Source of the DNA: Acidimicrobiia bacterium
Lineage (GTDB): Bacteria; Actinomycetota; Acidimicrobiia; Spongiisociales; ZC4RG35
Reading direction: 5' to 3'
DNA: 64,000 nucleotides
NCBI GenBank assembly: GCA_026002975.1
Contig: BPGJ01000008.1
Span: 35,754 to 99,753, forward strand
In this document: in pieces, positions 17,688 to 26,689 of the stretch
Layout of the letters: each line of letters opens with the position of its first letter
Position numbering within the stretch: position 1 is the first letter of the stretch
Notes under the pieces: model-generated
The model's database searches: none
Told to the model about the DNA's origin: nothing
What the model saw: the letters and a program-made list of their open reading frames with translations, nothing else
Made by a program: the position numbers and the translations under genes

Positions 17688-20134
17688 CCACCCGGGTCGA
17701 TCGGGCACGCCAGTGGATCAGGCGACTGATCCGCGACGCACGAGACATCGAGAAGTGGCGAAAGATCGTCCGGGTTCGCCTGTGGATGCCGGTGGCACTC
17801 CAGGTGATCCTGGTGATCGGGGTGGTGGTCTACACCAACGCCCGGTTCCCGGGTTTCATCAGGTCCTCCAACATCGCCAACGTCCTGCTGCTCGCCATGC
17901 CGCTGGCGGCAGCCGCCATCGCCCAGACCCACGCCCTGCTGGTCGGCTATCTCGACCTGTCGGTGGGAGCGATGATCAGCCTCGGGGTGGTGATGGCCTC
18001 GTATCTGATCGTGCCGGGGAACACGGCCGCCGAGAACCTGATCGGGGTAGCAGCCATCTTCGGGGCGGGTCTCCTCCTCGGTCTGGTCAACTCGTTGCTG
18101 ATCAGGGGAGTGAAGATCCCCTCGATCATCGCGACGCTGGCCACCCTCTCCATCTTGGACGGGGTGTCCCTCACCCTTCGTGAGCAGCCCGGCGGGAACA
18201 TCGACCCGGCGTTCACCACCGTGCTGCGTGGAGGTATCGGTCCGGTTCCCATCGCCTTCGTCCTGCTGGTAGTGGGAGCCGGACTGCTCGACCTGTGGCT
18301 ACACGCCAGCCGGTCGGGTCTGGAGCTGAGGGCGTCTGGATACGACGAACGGTCGGCCAGGAGATCGGGGGTGCGTACAACCTGGACCCGGGTGCGAGCC
18401 CTGGTCCTCTCGGCCCTGTTCGCCACCTTGGCCTCGTTCTTCGTCATGGCCCGCACCGGGGTGGGAAACGCCCAGATCGGATCGAGCTACACCCTCAACA
18501 GCATCACCGCGGCCGTACTGGGCGGCGCCTCCCTCGCCGGAGGGCGGGCCACCTTCGTCGGGGCGGTGGTCGCATCGCTCCTGCTGGCGCTGATCATCGC
18601 GGTGCTGCCGTTCCTGGGGTTGAGCACCGAACACGGGCTGATGGTGATCGGCGTGTTGGTGCTGATCGGAATCGTCCTCTTCCAGGTCGGCGACATGAAG
18701 GAGCTGGTCAAACGCAACTACAAGCGGGCCCGCCGGCTGGTGGTGGGAAGCCGACTCCCCGAACAGGCGGAGCTGCCCCGCCCCTATCCGCCGGGGGTGG
18801 ATCTCCGGGTGCCTTCCACGGGTCGGGTGCTGATCCGAGGCGCAACCGTCCTCACCATGGACCCCGAGTTGGGGGACGTACAGGGTGACGTCCTGGTCGA
18901 GGGGACCAAGATCGCCGCGGTCGGCCCCAACCTGACCGCCGAGGGTGCCGAGGTGGTGGACGCCTCGGGCATGATCGTCGTTCCCGGATTCGTCGACACC
19001 CACCGCCACATCTGGGAGGGCATCCTCCGCAACATCGGTACCGACGTGCCTCTGGAGGGCCGCATCAGCTACATCTCGTTCGTGCTGCACCGTCTCGCTC
19101 CCGCGTTCCGACCCGAAGACGCCTATGTGGGGGACTTGGTGTCGGCGTTGGGAGCCATCAACTCGGGGATCACCTGTCTGCTCGACTGGTCCCACATCCA
19201 GGCGTCCCCGGCCCACACCGACGCGGTGATCCAGGCGCTCCAGGACTCGGGGATGCGAGCCGTGTTCGCCTACGGGTTCCCGTGGTGGGGCAAGTGGGAG
19301 GAACGTCAACCCTCCTGGTTCGTCCGGGCCGCCAACCAGTACTTCACGACCAAGGACCAGCTCCTCACCCTCGCCCTCGCCGCTCCCGGTCCCGAGTTCA
19401 CCGACTTCGAGGTGACCCGCGACCACTGGAAACTGGCCCGGGAGGTCGACGCCCGTATCTCCACCCACGTGGGGGTGGGAACCTACGGGCAGGTCGGAAA
19501 GGTGCAGGAATTCGGTGAGGCAGGCCTGATGGGGCCCGACACCACCTACATCCACTGCACCACCCTGAACGACACCGAGATCCAGATGATCGTCGACACG
19601 GGCGGAACCGTGTCGATCGCATGTCCGGTCGAGATGATGATGGGACACGGGATGCCACCCATCCAGAAGTTCCTCGACCGTGGGCTCCCCCCGAGTTTGT
19701 CGGTCGACGTCGAAACCAACGTCCCCGCCGACATGTTCAACCAGATGCGGTCGGTGCTGGGGCTACAACGTGCCCTGGCCACCGAACTGGGTCGCAGCCC
19801 GGTGTCGGCCCGCGACATACTGGCATGGGCCACCATCGAAGGAGCCAAGGCGAACGGCCTCGACCACAAGATCGGGACTATCACCCCGGGCAAGGAGGCC
19901 GACCTCACCCTGCTTCGGGTCGACCGGTTCTACACGTCGCCGATTAGTGACCCGGTGTCGGCGGTGGTCACCGGGATGGACACCCGCAACGTGGACTCGG
20001 TGATGGTGGCGGGCCGGTTCCTGAAACGCAACGGCCGGCTGCTCCACGTCGACTGGCCGGCGGTGATGCGGCTGGTCGACGCCTCCCGGGACTACGTCAT
20101 AGACCGGTCCGGGTTCAAACTCCCCAAGGTCTGA
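17684..20134 (+). CDS. ABC permease fused in frame to an amidohydrolase domain
   Basis: ATG 17684 overlaps the ATPase stop. Residues 1 to about 335 form an RbsC-type permease (..LVGYLDLSVGAMISLG..). A linker of about 40 aa spans 18690-18820. The rest is an amidohydrolase (VLIRGATVLTMDP...IVVPGFVDTHRHIWEG...). There is no stop codon between the two parts. In-frame GTGs at 18809 and 18827 could also start a separate enzyme. Confidence 0.7.
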   Translation: MTTRVDRARQWIRRLIRDARDIEKWRKIVRVRLWMPVALQVILVIGVVVYTNARFPGFIRSSNIANVLLLAMPLAAAAIAQTHALLVGYLDLSVGAMISLGVVMASYLIVPGNTAAENLIGVAAIFGAGLLLGLVNSLLIRGVKIPSIIATLATLSILDGVSLTLREQPGGNIDPAFTTVLRGGIGPVPIAFVLLVVGAGLLDLWLHASRSGLELRASGYDERSARRSGVRTTWTRVRALVLSALFATLASFFVMARTGVGNAQIGSSYTLNSITAAVLGGASLAGGRATFVGAVVASLLLALIIAVLPFLGLSTEHGLMVIGVLVLIGIVLFQVGDMKELVKRNYKRARRLVVGSRLPEQAELPRPYPPGVDLRVPSTGRVLIRGATVLTMDPELGDVQGDVLVEGTKIAAVGPNLTAEGAEVVDASGMIVVPGFVDTHRHIWEGILRNIGTDVPLEGRISYISFVLHRLAPAFRPEDAYVGDLVSALGAINSGITCLLDWSHIQASPAHTDAVIQALQDSGMRAVFAYGFPWWGKWEERQPSWFVRAANQYFTTKDQLLTLALAAPGPEFTDFEVTRDHWKLAREVDARISTHVGVGTYGQVGKVQEFGEAGLMGPDTTYIHCTTLNDTEIQMIVDTGGTVSIACPVEMMMGHGMPPIQKFLDRGLPPSLSVDVETNVPADMFNQMRSVLGLQRALATELGRSPVSARDILAWATIEGAKANGLDHKIGTITPGKEADLTLLRVDRFYTSPISDPVSAVVTGMDTRNVDSVMVAGRFLKRNGRLLHVDWPAVMRLVDASRDYVIDRSGFKLPKV

Positions 20135-20709
20135 TCGAAGTACGAGCCGACTCGGGGAGCCACCAGCTCGACCAGCTCCTCCAGGTCGGCGGAAGCAATC
20201 GGCCCCAGCCGGACCACGTAGCGGGCCACCGCCACTCCCACCAGATGGGCGGCGGCGAGGGACACCCTCAGGTACCGGTCCGGGGAATCGAGGAGCGGGG
20301 CGACCCTACCCAGGAGCTCCTCTTCGAGGAACTGCCGGAAGGCCTCGACGCCGGTGTCCTCGCCCTCCAGGGCGCCGCGCAGCATGGCGAGGAGGGGACG
20401 CCGGGCCTCGGGACGTTCCCAGATCCCGAAGAACAACCTGGTGACGCGTTCCCCGATGCCTTCCAGTCCGGGATCGGCGATGGCCTTCGCCACTTCTCGG
20501 GGGCTGACGGGAAGGGAGATCGCCGCGGCGTACAGATCCGCCTTGGGACCGAAGTAGTGATGCACCAGGGCGGGATCGACTCCCGCTGCGCCGGCTATTC
20601 GCCGGATGGTGGCTCGTTCGTACCCCACCTCGCCGAACACCCTGCGGGCTGCAGCCAGGATTCGTTCCCGGGTGTCGGATCGGCCGGGCCTGCGTCCCCG
20701 GGGACTCAT
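20092..20709 (-). CDS. TetR/AcrR family transcriptional regulator
   Basis: ATG 20709 overlaps the upstream stop (ATGA). The N-terminal HTH reads RERILAAARRVFGEVGYERATIRRIAGAAGVDPALVHHYF. The ORF-track start at 21066 is rejected. Confidence 0.85.
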   Translation of the reverse strand: MSPRGRRPGRSDTRERILAAARRVFGEVGYERATIRRIAGAAGVDPALVHHYFGPKADLYAAAISLPVSPREVAKAIADPGLEGIGERVTRLFFGIWERPEARRPLLAMLRGALEGEDTGVEAFRQFLEEELLGRVAPLLDSPDRYLRVSLAAAHLVGVAVARYVVRLGPIASADLEELVELVAPRVGSYFDQTLGSLNPDRSMT

Positions 20710-21551
20710 CTCGAGACCAGAGCCACGAACGCCTCTTCCAGGGTGGGTGACGTCGGCCGCACGTCCGCCCCAGGTCCGGCCAGGCGTGTTATCTCGTCGG
20801 CGTCGACGCCGGCGACCCGGAGCCGGGACCCCGCCAGGAGGGGGCGGAACCCGGCCTCCCGCAGCCGTCGGAAGACCGGTTCCCACTGGGGAGCCGAAAC
20901 CTCCACCGCGGTGACGTGCCCGGTGACCTCGGCCGGTGTGCCGTCGGCCACCACCCGGCCCGCGGATAGCAAGACGATCCGGTCGCACTGTTCGGCCTCT
21001 TCCATGTGATGGGTGGTGACCAGGACGCCCGCCCCGCGGGCCGCGACCTCGCCGATCGCCCCCCACAGCTCCACTCGACCCAAAGGACCCACCCCGGAGG
21101 TGGGTTCGTCGAGGATCAGAAGGTCAGGGTGATGACAGACGGCGGCGGCGAACGCCACCTTCCGGCGGATACCGAGAGGCAGCTCACCGAGTGGGCGGTC
21201 GGCCACCGCTCGGAGTTCTGGGTCCAACACCGGAGGGGTGGTCCCGAATGCGGCGGCGACGAACCTCAGGTTCTCGGCCACGGTCAGGTCCAGATAGGAG
21301 CCGGTGGTCTGGGGTACGTACCCGACCCGTGCTCGGGCCTCAGGGCGGGGCGGAGCCCCGAACAGATCGATCCGTCCGGCTGTGGGAGGGAGGAGCCCGA
21401 GGATCAGACGAATCAGGGTGGTCTTGCCGGCTCCGTTGGCGCCGATCAGTCCCACGATCTCTCCAGGGTGGACTCGTAGCGTGACCGAGTCGACCGCGAC
21501 CAGATCCCCGAAACGTTTGGTGACCTGCCTCGTTTCAAGCAGCGGACGCAT
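20706..21551 (-). CDS. ABC transporter ATP-binding protein (canonical)
   Basis: Walker A GANGAGKTT, Walker B LLILDEPT and an H-loop VLVTTHHMEEAE. Confidence 0.9.
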   Translation of the reverse strand: MRPLLETRQVTKRFGDLVAVDSVTLRVHPGEIVGLIGANGAGKTTLIRLILGLLPPTAGRIDLFGAPPRPEARARVGYVPQTTGSYLDLTVAENLRFVAAAFGTTPPVLDPELRAVADRPLGELPLGIRRKVAFAAAVCHHPDLLILDEPTSGVGPLGRVELWGAIGEVAARGAGVLVTTHHMEEAEQCDRIVLLSAGRVVADGTPAEVTGHVTAVEVSAPQWEPVFRRLREAGFRPLLAGSRLRVAGVDADEITRLAGPGADVRPTSPTLEEAFVALVSR

Positions 21552-22353
21552 CGGCTCTCCTCAGCAGGGCGGCGACGATGAGCACGTCGGCGAGGTCGGG
21601 TGGGACGACCGACGCTTCCGGCGGTGGGTGCCCGTCGGGGAGCCACCCCCGCCAGCGGGATCCCCGTCTCCACCGGTAAGCGAGTGCATCCGGGCGGTCG
21701 GTCTGCACGATGCGTCCCGGAACCCGGGAAACGAGGTCCTCCACCGTGCCGGCCGCCAGCACCCTTCCCTGGTCGAGGGCCACCACCACCGATCCCCGCT
21801 CGGCCTCGTCGGTGTAGGTGGTGGTGAGGAGCACCGCGGTGCCCTCCGCCGCGGCGCCGGCGACCAGCATCCACAGGTCGGTGCGGCTCACCGGGTCCAG
21901 CCCGGTGGTGGGTTCGTCGAGGACCAGCAGTCGAGGTTGGGGCAGCAGAGCCATGGCGACTCCCAGCTTCTGGCGCATCCCTCCGGAGAGGCGACCGGCC
22001 AGCCGGTGCCGAGCGGAGCCGAGACCGGTGACCTCGATCAGATGGTCGATGCGGGAGTCGGGCTGTGGGATCCCGTAGGCCTGGGCGACGAAACGGAGGT
22101 TCTCCCACACGGTCAGGTCGAACCACACCCCCGAATGCTCCGACTGGTATCCCACCTGGCGCTTCTCCGGGCGCCGAACCCGTCCCGAGACAGGTTCGAC
22201 CAGCCCGACGAGGGTCTTGGCCGCGGTCGACTTGCCGGCGCCGTCGCCACCTACCAGCACGGTCACCCGGCCGGCTTCGACCGGTATGTCCACCCCGTCG
22301 AGTGCGCGCACCGAGCGGTAGGTGACCTTCACCTGCTCTAGACCCCAGGTCAT
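21535..22353 (-). CDS. ABC transporter ATP-binding protein with degenerate H-loop
   Basis: Walker A GGDGAGKST, signature LSGGMRQK and Walker B LLVLDEPT. The switch region reads LLTTTYTDEAE, with no His where the partner has TTHHMEEAE. Confidence 0.85.
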   Translation of the reverse strand: MTWGLEQVKVTYRSVRALDGVDIPVEAGRVTVLVGGDGAGKSTAAKTLVGLVEPVSGRVRRPEKRQVGYQSEHSGVWFDLTVWENLRFVAQAYGIPQPDSRIDHLIEVTGLGSARHRLAGRLSGGMRQKLGVAMALLPQPRLLVLDEPTTGLDPVSRTDLWMLVAGAAAEGTAVLLTTTYTDEAERGSVVVALDQGRVLAAGTVEDLVSRVPGRIVQTDRPDALAYRWRRGSRWRGWLPDGHPPPEASVVPPDLADVLIVAALLRRADASAA

Positions 22354-23396
22354 GTCGTGTTCTCCTCGATCCGGGCCGGGGCCAGCTCACGGGCGAAGCG
22401 GAGCACCGCGAGGCCGAACACCGCTACTCCCATCGCGGCGAGGACCGACGTAGGGGTGAGGAGGGTCGAGAGAGGCGCTCCCCGGACCATCACCCCTTGG
22501 GCGATCTGGTTGAAGTAGGTGAGGGGGAGCAGGTAGCCGAGCCAGCGCACCCCGGGGGCCATCGAGTCGAGGGGGAAGATGATTCCCGACAACAGCACCT
22601 GGGGTAGGACCGTCATCAAGGCGAGCTGGATGGCTTGCCCCTGGTTCTCGGAGACGCTGGAGATGAGCACCCCTACCCCGAGGGTGACGAACAGGAATAG
22701 GGCGGCTCCCAACGCCAGGGTGGCCGGCGATCCGTTGAACGGGACGTCGAACAGGAGGATCCCTGCGGCCAGCACCACCGCCAGGTCCAGGGTGGCCACC
22801 AGCAGGTAAGGGGCGATCTTCCCGAAGAAGACGTCGCGACCCCGGAACGGCATCACCGCCAACTGTTCGAGGGTGCCGGCCTGACGTTCCCGAACCACGC
22901 CCAGGCTGGTGAGCAGGGTGCCGACGAAGATGAGGATCAGTCCCGCCAGGCCGGGAACCAGGACCACCGACGTGTCCAGGTCGGGGTTGAACAGCACCTC
23001 GACCTCGAGAGCGGGGAGAGCGGCCCGGGCGGCGGTGAAACCCCGGAGGGCCGCCTGCGCCTTGAAGAGGCGGGAGCCGTCGACGAGCGCCTTCGCTCCG
23101 TCGTCGGAGGTGACGAGCGCCACGTCGAGCCGGCCGTCCCGGAGCCGAAGGCGGGCGTCGTCTTCGACGACCGTGGGATCCACCTCGTCCACGACGAACG
23201 GCTCGTCGACCAGGGCGGTCGCCTGCTCAGCCCGGGGTCCGAACACCCCGGTCCGGATGGTGGTGACGTCGAAACTCGCCGCATACCCGAAGACCACCAG
23301 CATCACCAGCGGCATGAGGATCATCATCGCCAGGGTGCGCCGGTCCCGGCGCATCTGCCGGAACTCCTTCGCCACCAACGCCCACATGTAGGTCAC
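22350..23396 (-). CDS. ABC-2 type transporter permease
   Basis: 348 aa. It has an N-terminal TM helix, a large extracytoplasmic loop and a C-terminal bundle of five TM helices. ATG 23396 is preceded by GGAGGTGA. The stop overlaps the next start. Confidence 0.85.
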   Translation of the reverse strand: MTYMWALVAKEFRQMRRDRRTLAMMILMPLVMLVVFGYAASFDVTTIRTGVFGPRAEQATALVDEPFVVDEVDPTVVEDDARLRLRDGRLDVALVTSDDGAKALVDGSRLFKAQAALRGFTAARAALPALEVEVLFNPDLDTSVVLVPGLAGLILIFVGTLLTSLGVVRERQAGTLEQLAVMPFRGRDVFFGKIAPYLLVATLDLAVVLAAGILLFDVPFNGSPATLALGAALFLFVTLGVGVLISSVSENQGQAIQLALMTVLPQVLLSGIIFPLDSMAPGVRWLGYLLPLTYFNQIAQGVMVRGAPLSTLLTPTSVLAAMGVAVFGLAVLRFARELAPARIEENTT

Positions 23397-23413
23397 CTCC
23401 CGGTCGAGGCCGG

Positions 23414-23441
23414 TCGAAATTCTACGTGCGTTGAATTTCGA
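23414..23441. promoter_or_regulatory. candidate operator: perfect 9-bp inverted repeat TCGAAATTC-N10-GAATTTCGA upstream of the ABC-2/TetR operon
   Basis: This AT-rich palindrome lies 18 nt upstream of the permease start codon, in otherwise GC-rich DNA. The operon ends in a TetR gene. Confidence 0.4.
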
Positions 23442-23479
23442 AGGCGAAGAAAACCCGGAGCCGTTCGGCCCCGGGAGTG

Positions 23480-23554
23480 TGGGCCCACCTGGACTTGAAC
23501 CAGGGACCTCTTCCTTATCAGGGAAGCGCTCTGACCGGACTGAGCTATGGGCCC
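23480..23554 (-). tRNA. tRNA-Ile (anticodon GAU)
   Basis: The reverse complement GGGCCCATAGCTCAGTCCGGTCAGAGCGCTTCCCTGATAAGGAAGAGGTCCCTGGTTCAAGTCCAGGTGGGCCCA folds as a cloverleaf. The anticodon loop is CTGATAA. Confidence 0.9.
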
Positions 23555-23696
23555 GTGGACCAGGGAGTCTACCGCGCCAAGACGGTCAGGGGCCAGGCGC
23601 GAAGGGCCCACCTCATGCCAACGTCAGGCACACTGTCGAGCTGGTCGACCGGGCCCCAACGGAGAGTCCCCACCATTCGTATCATGTGCCTTCCGT

Positions 23697-23768
23697 GGGG
23701 ACGTAGCTCAGCGGAAGAGCACCTGCCTTGCACGCAGGGGGTCGCCGGTTCGAATCCGGTCGTCTCCA
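23697..23768 (+). tRNA. tRNA-Ala (anticodon UGC)
   Basis: GGGGACGTAGCTCAGCGGAAGAGCACCTGCCTTGCACGCAGGGGGTCGCCGGTTCGAATCCGGTCGTCTCCA. The G3:U70 identity pair is present and the anticodon loop is CTTGCAC. Confidence 0.9.
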
Positions 23769-23827
23769 CTTCGAGGACCCGACAGCCATCTGGTGCGGGT
23801 GGAGATCACACCCCGAGGAGCGAACCG

Positions 23828-25039
23828 TCAAGCCACCTCGAACAGGCCGGCGGCTCCCATGCCGCCACCGACGCACATGGTCACCACCACGTAGCGGACT
23901 CCCCGCCGTTTCCCCTCGAGGAGAGCATGGCCCACCAGGCGGGCGCCGGTCATCCCATACGGGTGGCCGATGGCGATGGCGCCGCCGTTCACGTTGAAGA
24001 TCTCGTTGTCGATCCCCAGGCGGTCCCGGCAGTAGATCGTCTGCACGGCGAAGGCCTCGTTCAGCTCCCACAACCCGACGTCGTCGATCGACAGGCTGGC
24101 CCGTTCGAGCAGCTTCGGTACTGCGAACACCGGCCCTATCCCCATCTCGTCGGGGTCGACTCCGGCGACCGCCATCCCCCGGTAGTAGCCGAGAGGTGCC
24201 AGGTTGCGGCGTTCGGCCTCCTTGGCGTCCATCACCACGAGAGCAGCTGCGCCGTCGGACAGCTGAGAGGCGTTGCCCGCGGTGACGTTCTTGCCCGGTC
24301 CCCGGACGGGCTGGAGGGCCGCCAACGCCTCGAGGGTGGTGTCGGGTCGGTTGCCCTCGTCGAGGCGCAAGGTGACCTCTTCGGTTCGCTGCTCACCGGT
24401 TTGCTTGTCGACCACCACCTTGGTGGCTGTCACCGGGACGATCTCTTCGTCGAACAGCCCGTTCTGCTGGGCCTTGGCGACCCGCTGCTGGGACTGCAGG
24501 GCGTACAGGTCGCAGTCCTCCCGGCTGATCCCGTAACGTTCGGCCACCACCTCGGCGGTGTCGATCATGGGCATGTACATGTGGGGCTGGAGCTCGAGCA
24601 GTTTGGGGTCCATTCCCCGGTAGAGATTCATGTGCTCGTTCTGGACGAGCGAGATCGACTCGACCCCGCCCGCCACCACTATGGGCGCCCCGTCGAAGAT
24701 CACCTGTTTGACCGCGGTGGCGACCGCCATCAGACCCGAAGAGCATTGACGGTCGATCGACATACCCGACACCGAGGTGGGCATCCCCGACGCCATGGCG
24801 GCCAGCCGGCCGATGTTCGGCCACTGGGTGCCCTGCTGCATGGCGCACCCGAGGATGACGTCGTCGACCTCGCCGGGTTCCACCCCGGCCCTGTCCACCG
24901 CGGCGCGGATGGCGTGGGCGGCCATGCTGGGTGCTTCGGTGTTGTTGAACAGCCCCCGGTAGGCCTTGCCGATCGGGGTACGGGCATATGAGACGATCAC
25001 GGCTTCACGCACGGCTACTCCTTGGTTCCCTGGAGTCAA
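23828..25039 (-). CDS. acetyl-CoA C-acetyltransferase / thiolase
   Basis: Catalytic Cys in [12 protein letters not shown], plus [11 protein letters not shown] and [13 protein letters not shown]. 403 aa. Confidence 0.9.
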   Translation of the reverse strand: MTPGNQGVAVREAVIVSYARTPIGKAYRGLFNNTEAPSMAAHAIRAAVDRAGVEPGEVDDVILGCAMQQGTQWPNIGRLAAMASGMPTSVSGMSIDRQCSSGLMAVATAVKQVIFDGAPIVVAGGVESISLVQNEHMNLYRGMDPKLLELQPHMYMPMIDTAEVVAERYGISREDCDLYALQSQQRVAKAQQNGLFDEEIVPVTATKVVVDKQTGEQRTEEVTLRLDEGNRPDTTLEALAALQPVRGPGKNVTAGNASQLSDGAAALVVMDAKEAERRNLAPLGYYRGMAVAGVDPDEMGIGPVFAVPKLLERASLSIDDVGLWELNEAFAVQTIYCRDRLGIDNEIFNVNGGAIAIGHPYGMTGARLVGHALLEGKRRGVRYVVVTMCVGGGMGAAGLFEVA

Positions 25040-25110
25040 CGCTACCCGGATTTCGGGACTGCAGACGCTCCGGATTTGGTTGAATGGTCAAGAGCGCCCA
25101 AAGGAGAGCC

Positions 25111-26292
25111 ATGAGGAACGCAGTCATCGTCGACGCCGTACGCACCCCGATCGGGAAGCGGAACGGCAAGTTCAAGGACATCCACGCGGTCGACCTGGCT
25201 TCCATCCCGCTCAAGGCGCTGGTGGACCGTAACGGCCTCGACCCGGCTCTGGTCGACGACGTGATCATGGGGTGCGTCTCCCAGACCGGTGAGCAGGGTC
25301 TCAACATCGCCCGGAACGCCGCCTTGGCGGCCGGGTTCCCCGAGGACGTGGTCGGGGTGACGGTGGACCGGCAATGCGGCTCGTCTCAGCAGGCCGCCCA
25401 CTTCGCTGCACAGGGCGTGATGGCCGGAGCCTACGACGTGGTGATCGCCGCCGGCGTCGAGTCGATGACCCGGGTCCCGATGGGGGTGACCGCCGAGCAG
25501 GGCCCGGGAATCCCCTTCGGTCCGAAGATGCTCGAGCGGTACAGCCACGGACTGGTGCCGCAGGGGATCTCGGCCGAGATGATCGCCAAGAAGTGGGGCA
25601 TCTCCCGGGAAGAGTTGGACGCCATCGGGCTGGAATCACATCGACGGGCCGCCCGGGCTACCGAGGAGGGCAGGTTCGCCGCCCAGATCGTTCCGGTGGA
25701 GGTGAAGACCGACGAAGGGGGCATCGAGACGGTCACCACGGACGAAGGGATCCGTTGGGACACCTCCGCCGAGAAACTCGCCGGCCTGGCTCCGGCCTTC
25801 AAATCGGACGGGGTGGTCACCGCCGGCAACTCGTCGCAGATCTCCGATGGTGCGGCCGCGGTGCTGATCATGAGCGAAGAAAAGGCCGAAGAGCTGGGTC
25901 TCACCCCGATGGCCCGGTTCGTCGGTTTCGCCCTCGCCGGGGTGGACCCGGTGATCATGCTCACCGGCCCGATTCCCGCCACCACCAAGGTGTTGGAGCG
26001 GACCGGGCTGAGCATCGACGACATCGACCTCTTCGAGGTGAACGAGGCTTTCGCGTCGGTGATCGCCGCGTGGCGGGCCGAACACGGCGGAGCGGATCCG
26101 GAGGCTCTGTGGGCCCGGACCAACGTCAACGGAGGCGCCATCGCTCTGGGCCATCCGCTGGGCGCTTCGGGGGCGAGACTGCTGACCACCCTGGTCCACG
26201 AGCTGGTTCGGACCGGCGGCCGGTACGGGCTGCAGACCATGTGCGAAGGCGGCGGGATGGCCAACGCCACCATCATCGAAGCGGTCCGTTGA
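25111..26292 (+). CDS. acetyl-CoA C-acyltransferase / thiolase (second paralog, divergent)
   Basis: ATG 25111 follows AAGGAGAG. Motifs VDRQCGSSQQAA, GHPLGASGARL and CEGGGMANATIIE are present. Confidence 0.9.
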   Translation: MRNAVIVDAVRTPIGKRNGKFKDIHAVDLASIPLKALVDRNGLDPALVDDVIMGCVSQTGEQGLNIARNAALAAGFPEDVVGVTVDRQCGSSQQAAHFAAQGVMAGAYDVVIAAGVESMTRVPMGVTAEQGPGIPFGPKMLERYSHGLVPQGISAEMIAKKWGISREELDAIGLESHRRAARATEEGRFAAQIVPVEVKTDEGGIETVTTDEGIRWDTSAEKLAGLAPAFKSDGVVTAGNSSQISDGAAAVLIMSEEKAEELGLTPMARFVGFALAGVDPVIMLTGPIPATTKVLERTGLSIDDIDLFEVNEAFASVIAAWRAEHGGADPEALWARTNVNGGAIALGHPLGASGARLLTTLVHELVRTGGRYGLQTMCEGGGMANATIIEAVR

Positions 26293-26302
26293 CCGGGGAG
26301 GA

Positions 26303-26563
26303 ATGACCGGGATAGGGCCGCTCGATCTGGCCATCGCGGTCTTGATCGGGCTGGCCATCTGGCGTGGGTCCCTGGCGGTGATCAGGGCGCTGTCCAACCC
26401 GCCCGACCAGCCCGACCCCGACGCGGTGGTCCCCACCCGGCAGGACTACAAGTGCACGGTCTGCGGCACCGAGGTGACGATGACCGTCCGCAACGTCGAC
26501 GAGACCCCACCTCCCCGTCACTGCCGCGAAGAGATGATCCCGGTGTGGAGACCACCTGGGTAG
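26303..26563 (+). CDS. small membrane-anchored protein with CxxC...HC zinc-ribbon-like tail (hypothetical)
   Basis: 86 aa with one N-terminal TM helix (LAIAVLIGLAIW) and the motifs CTVCG and HCREE. It starts 10 nt after the thiolase stop. Confidence 0.45.
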   Translation: MTGIGPLDLAIAVLIGLAIWRGSLAVIRALSNPPDQPDPDAVVPTRQDYKCTVCGTEVTMTVRNVDETPPPRHCREEMIPVWRPPG

Positions 26564-26583
26564 AGCCCCGGTCCCCTCGTGCT

Positions 26584-26632
26584 TTTTTATGACGTAAAAC
26601 CGCCCAGTCTGGGCGGTTTTACGTCATAAAAA
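26584..26632. repeat. 49-bp AT-rich perfect palindrome, copy 1 (terminator-like hairpin)
   Basis: TTTTTATGACGTAAAACCGCCC-agtct-GGGCGGTTTTACGTCATAAAAA has 22-bp perfect arms. It lies 21 nt downstream of the preceding gene and 57 nt upstream of the DUF559 gene. Confidence 0.9.
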
Positions 26633-26689
26633 CGAGAGTGGGGCGACGAGGGGATTCCCCTGGGGCCACCGGGATCGGATAGTGCCCGG

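Noticed and set aside
23480-23768. tRNA-Ile(GAU) plus tRNA-Ala(UGC) as the spacer of an rRNA operon.
   Set aside because: The two genes are on opposite strands, and neither flank contains rRNA-like sequence. They are flanked by an ABC-2 permease and a thiolase gene.
25040-25110. Direct repeat CCGGATTT(C/G)GG twice in the spacer between the divergent thiolase genes, as a possible regulator site.
   Set aside because: The match is only 8-9 nt and there is no adjacent regulator gene. That is too little to separate it from chance.
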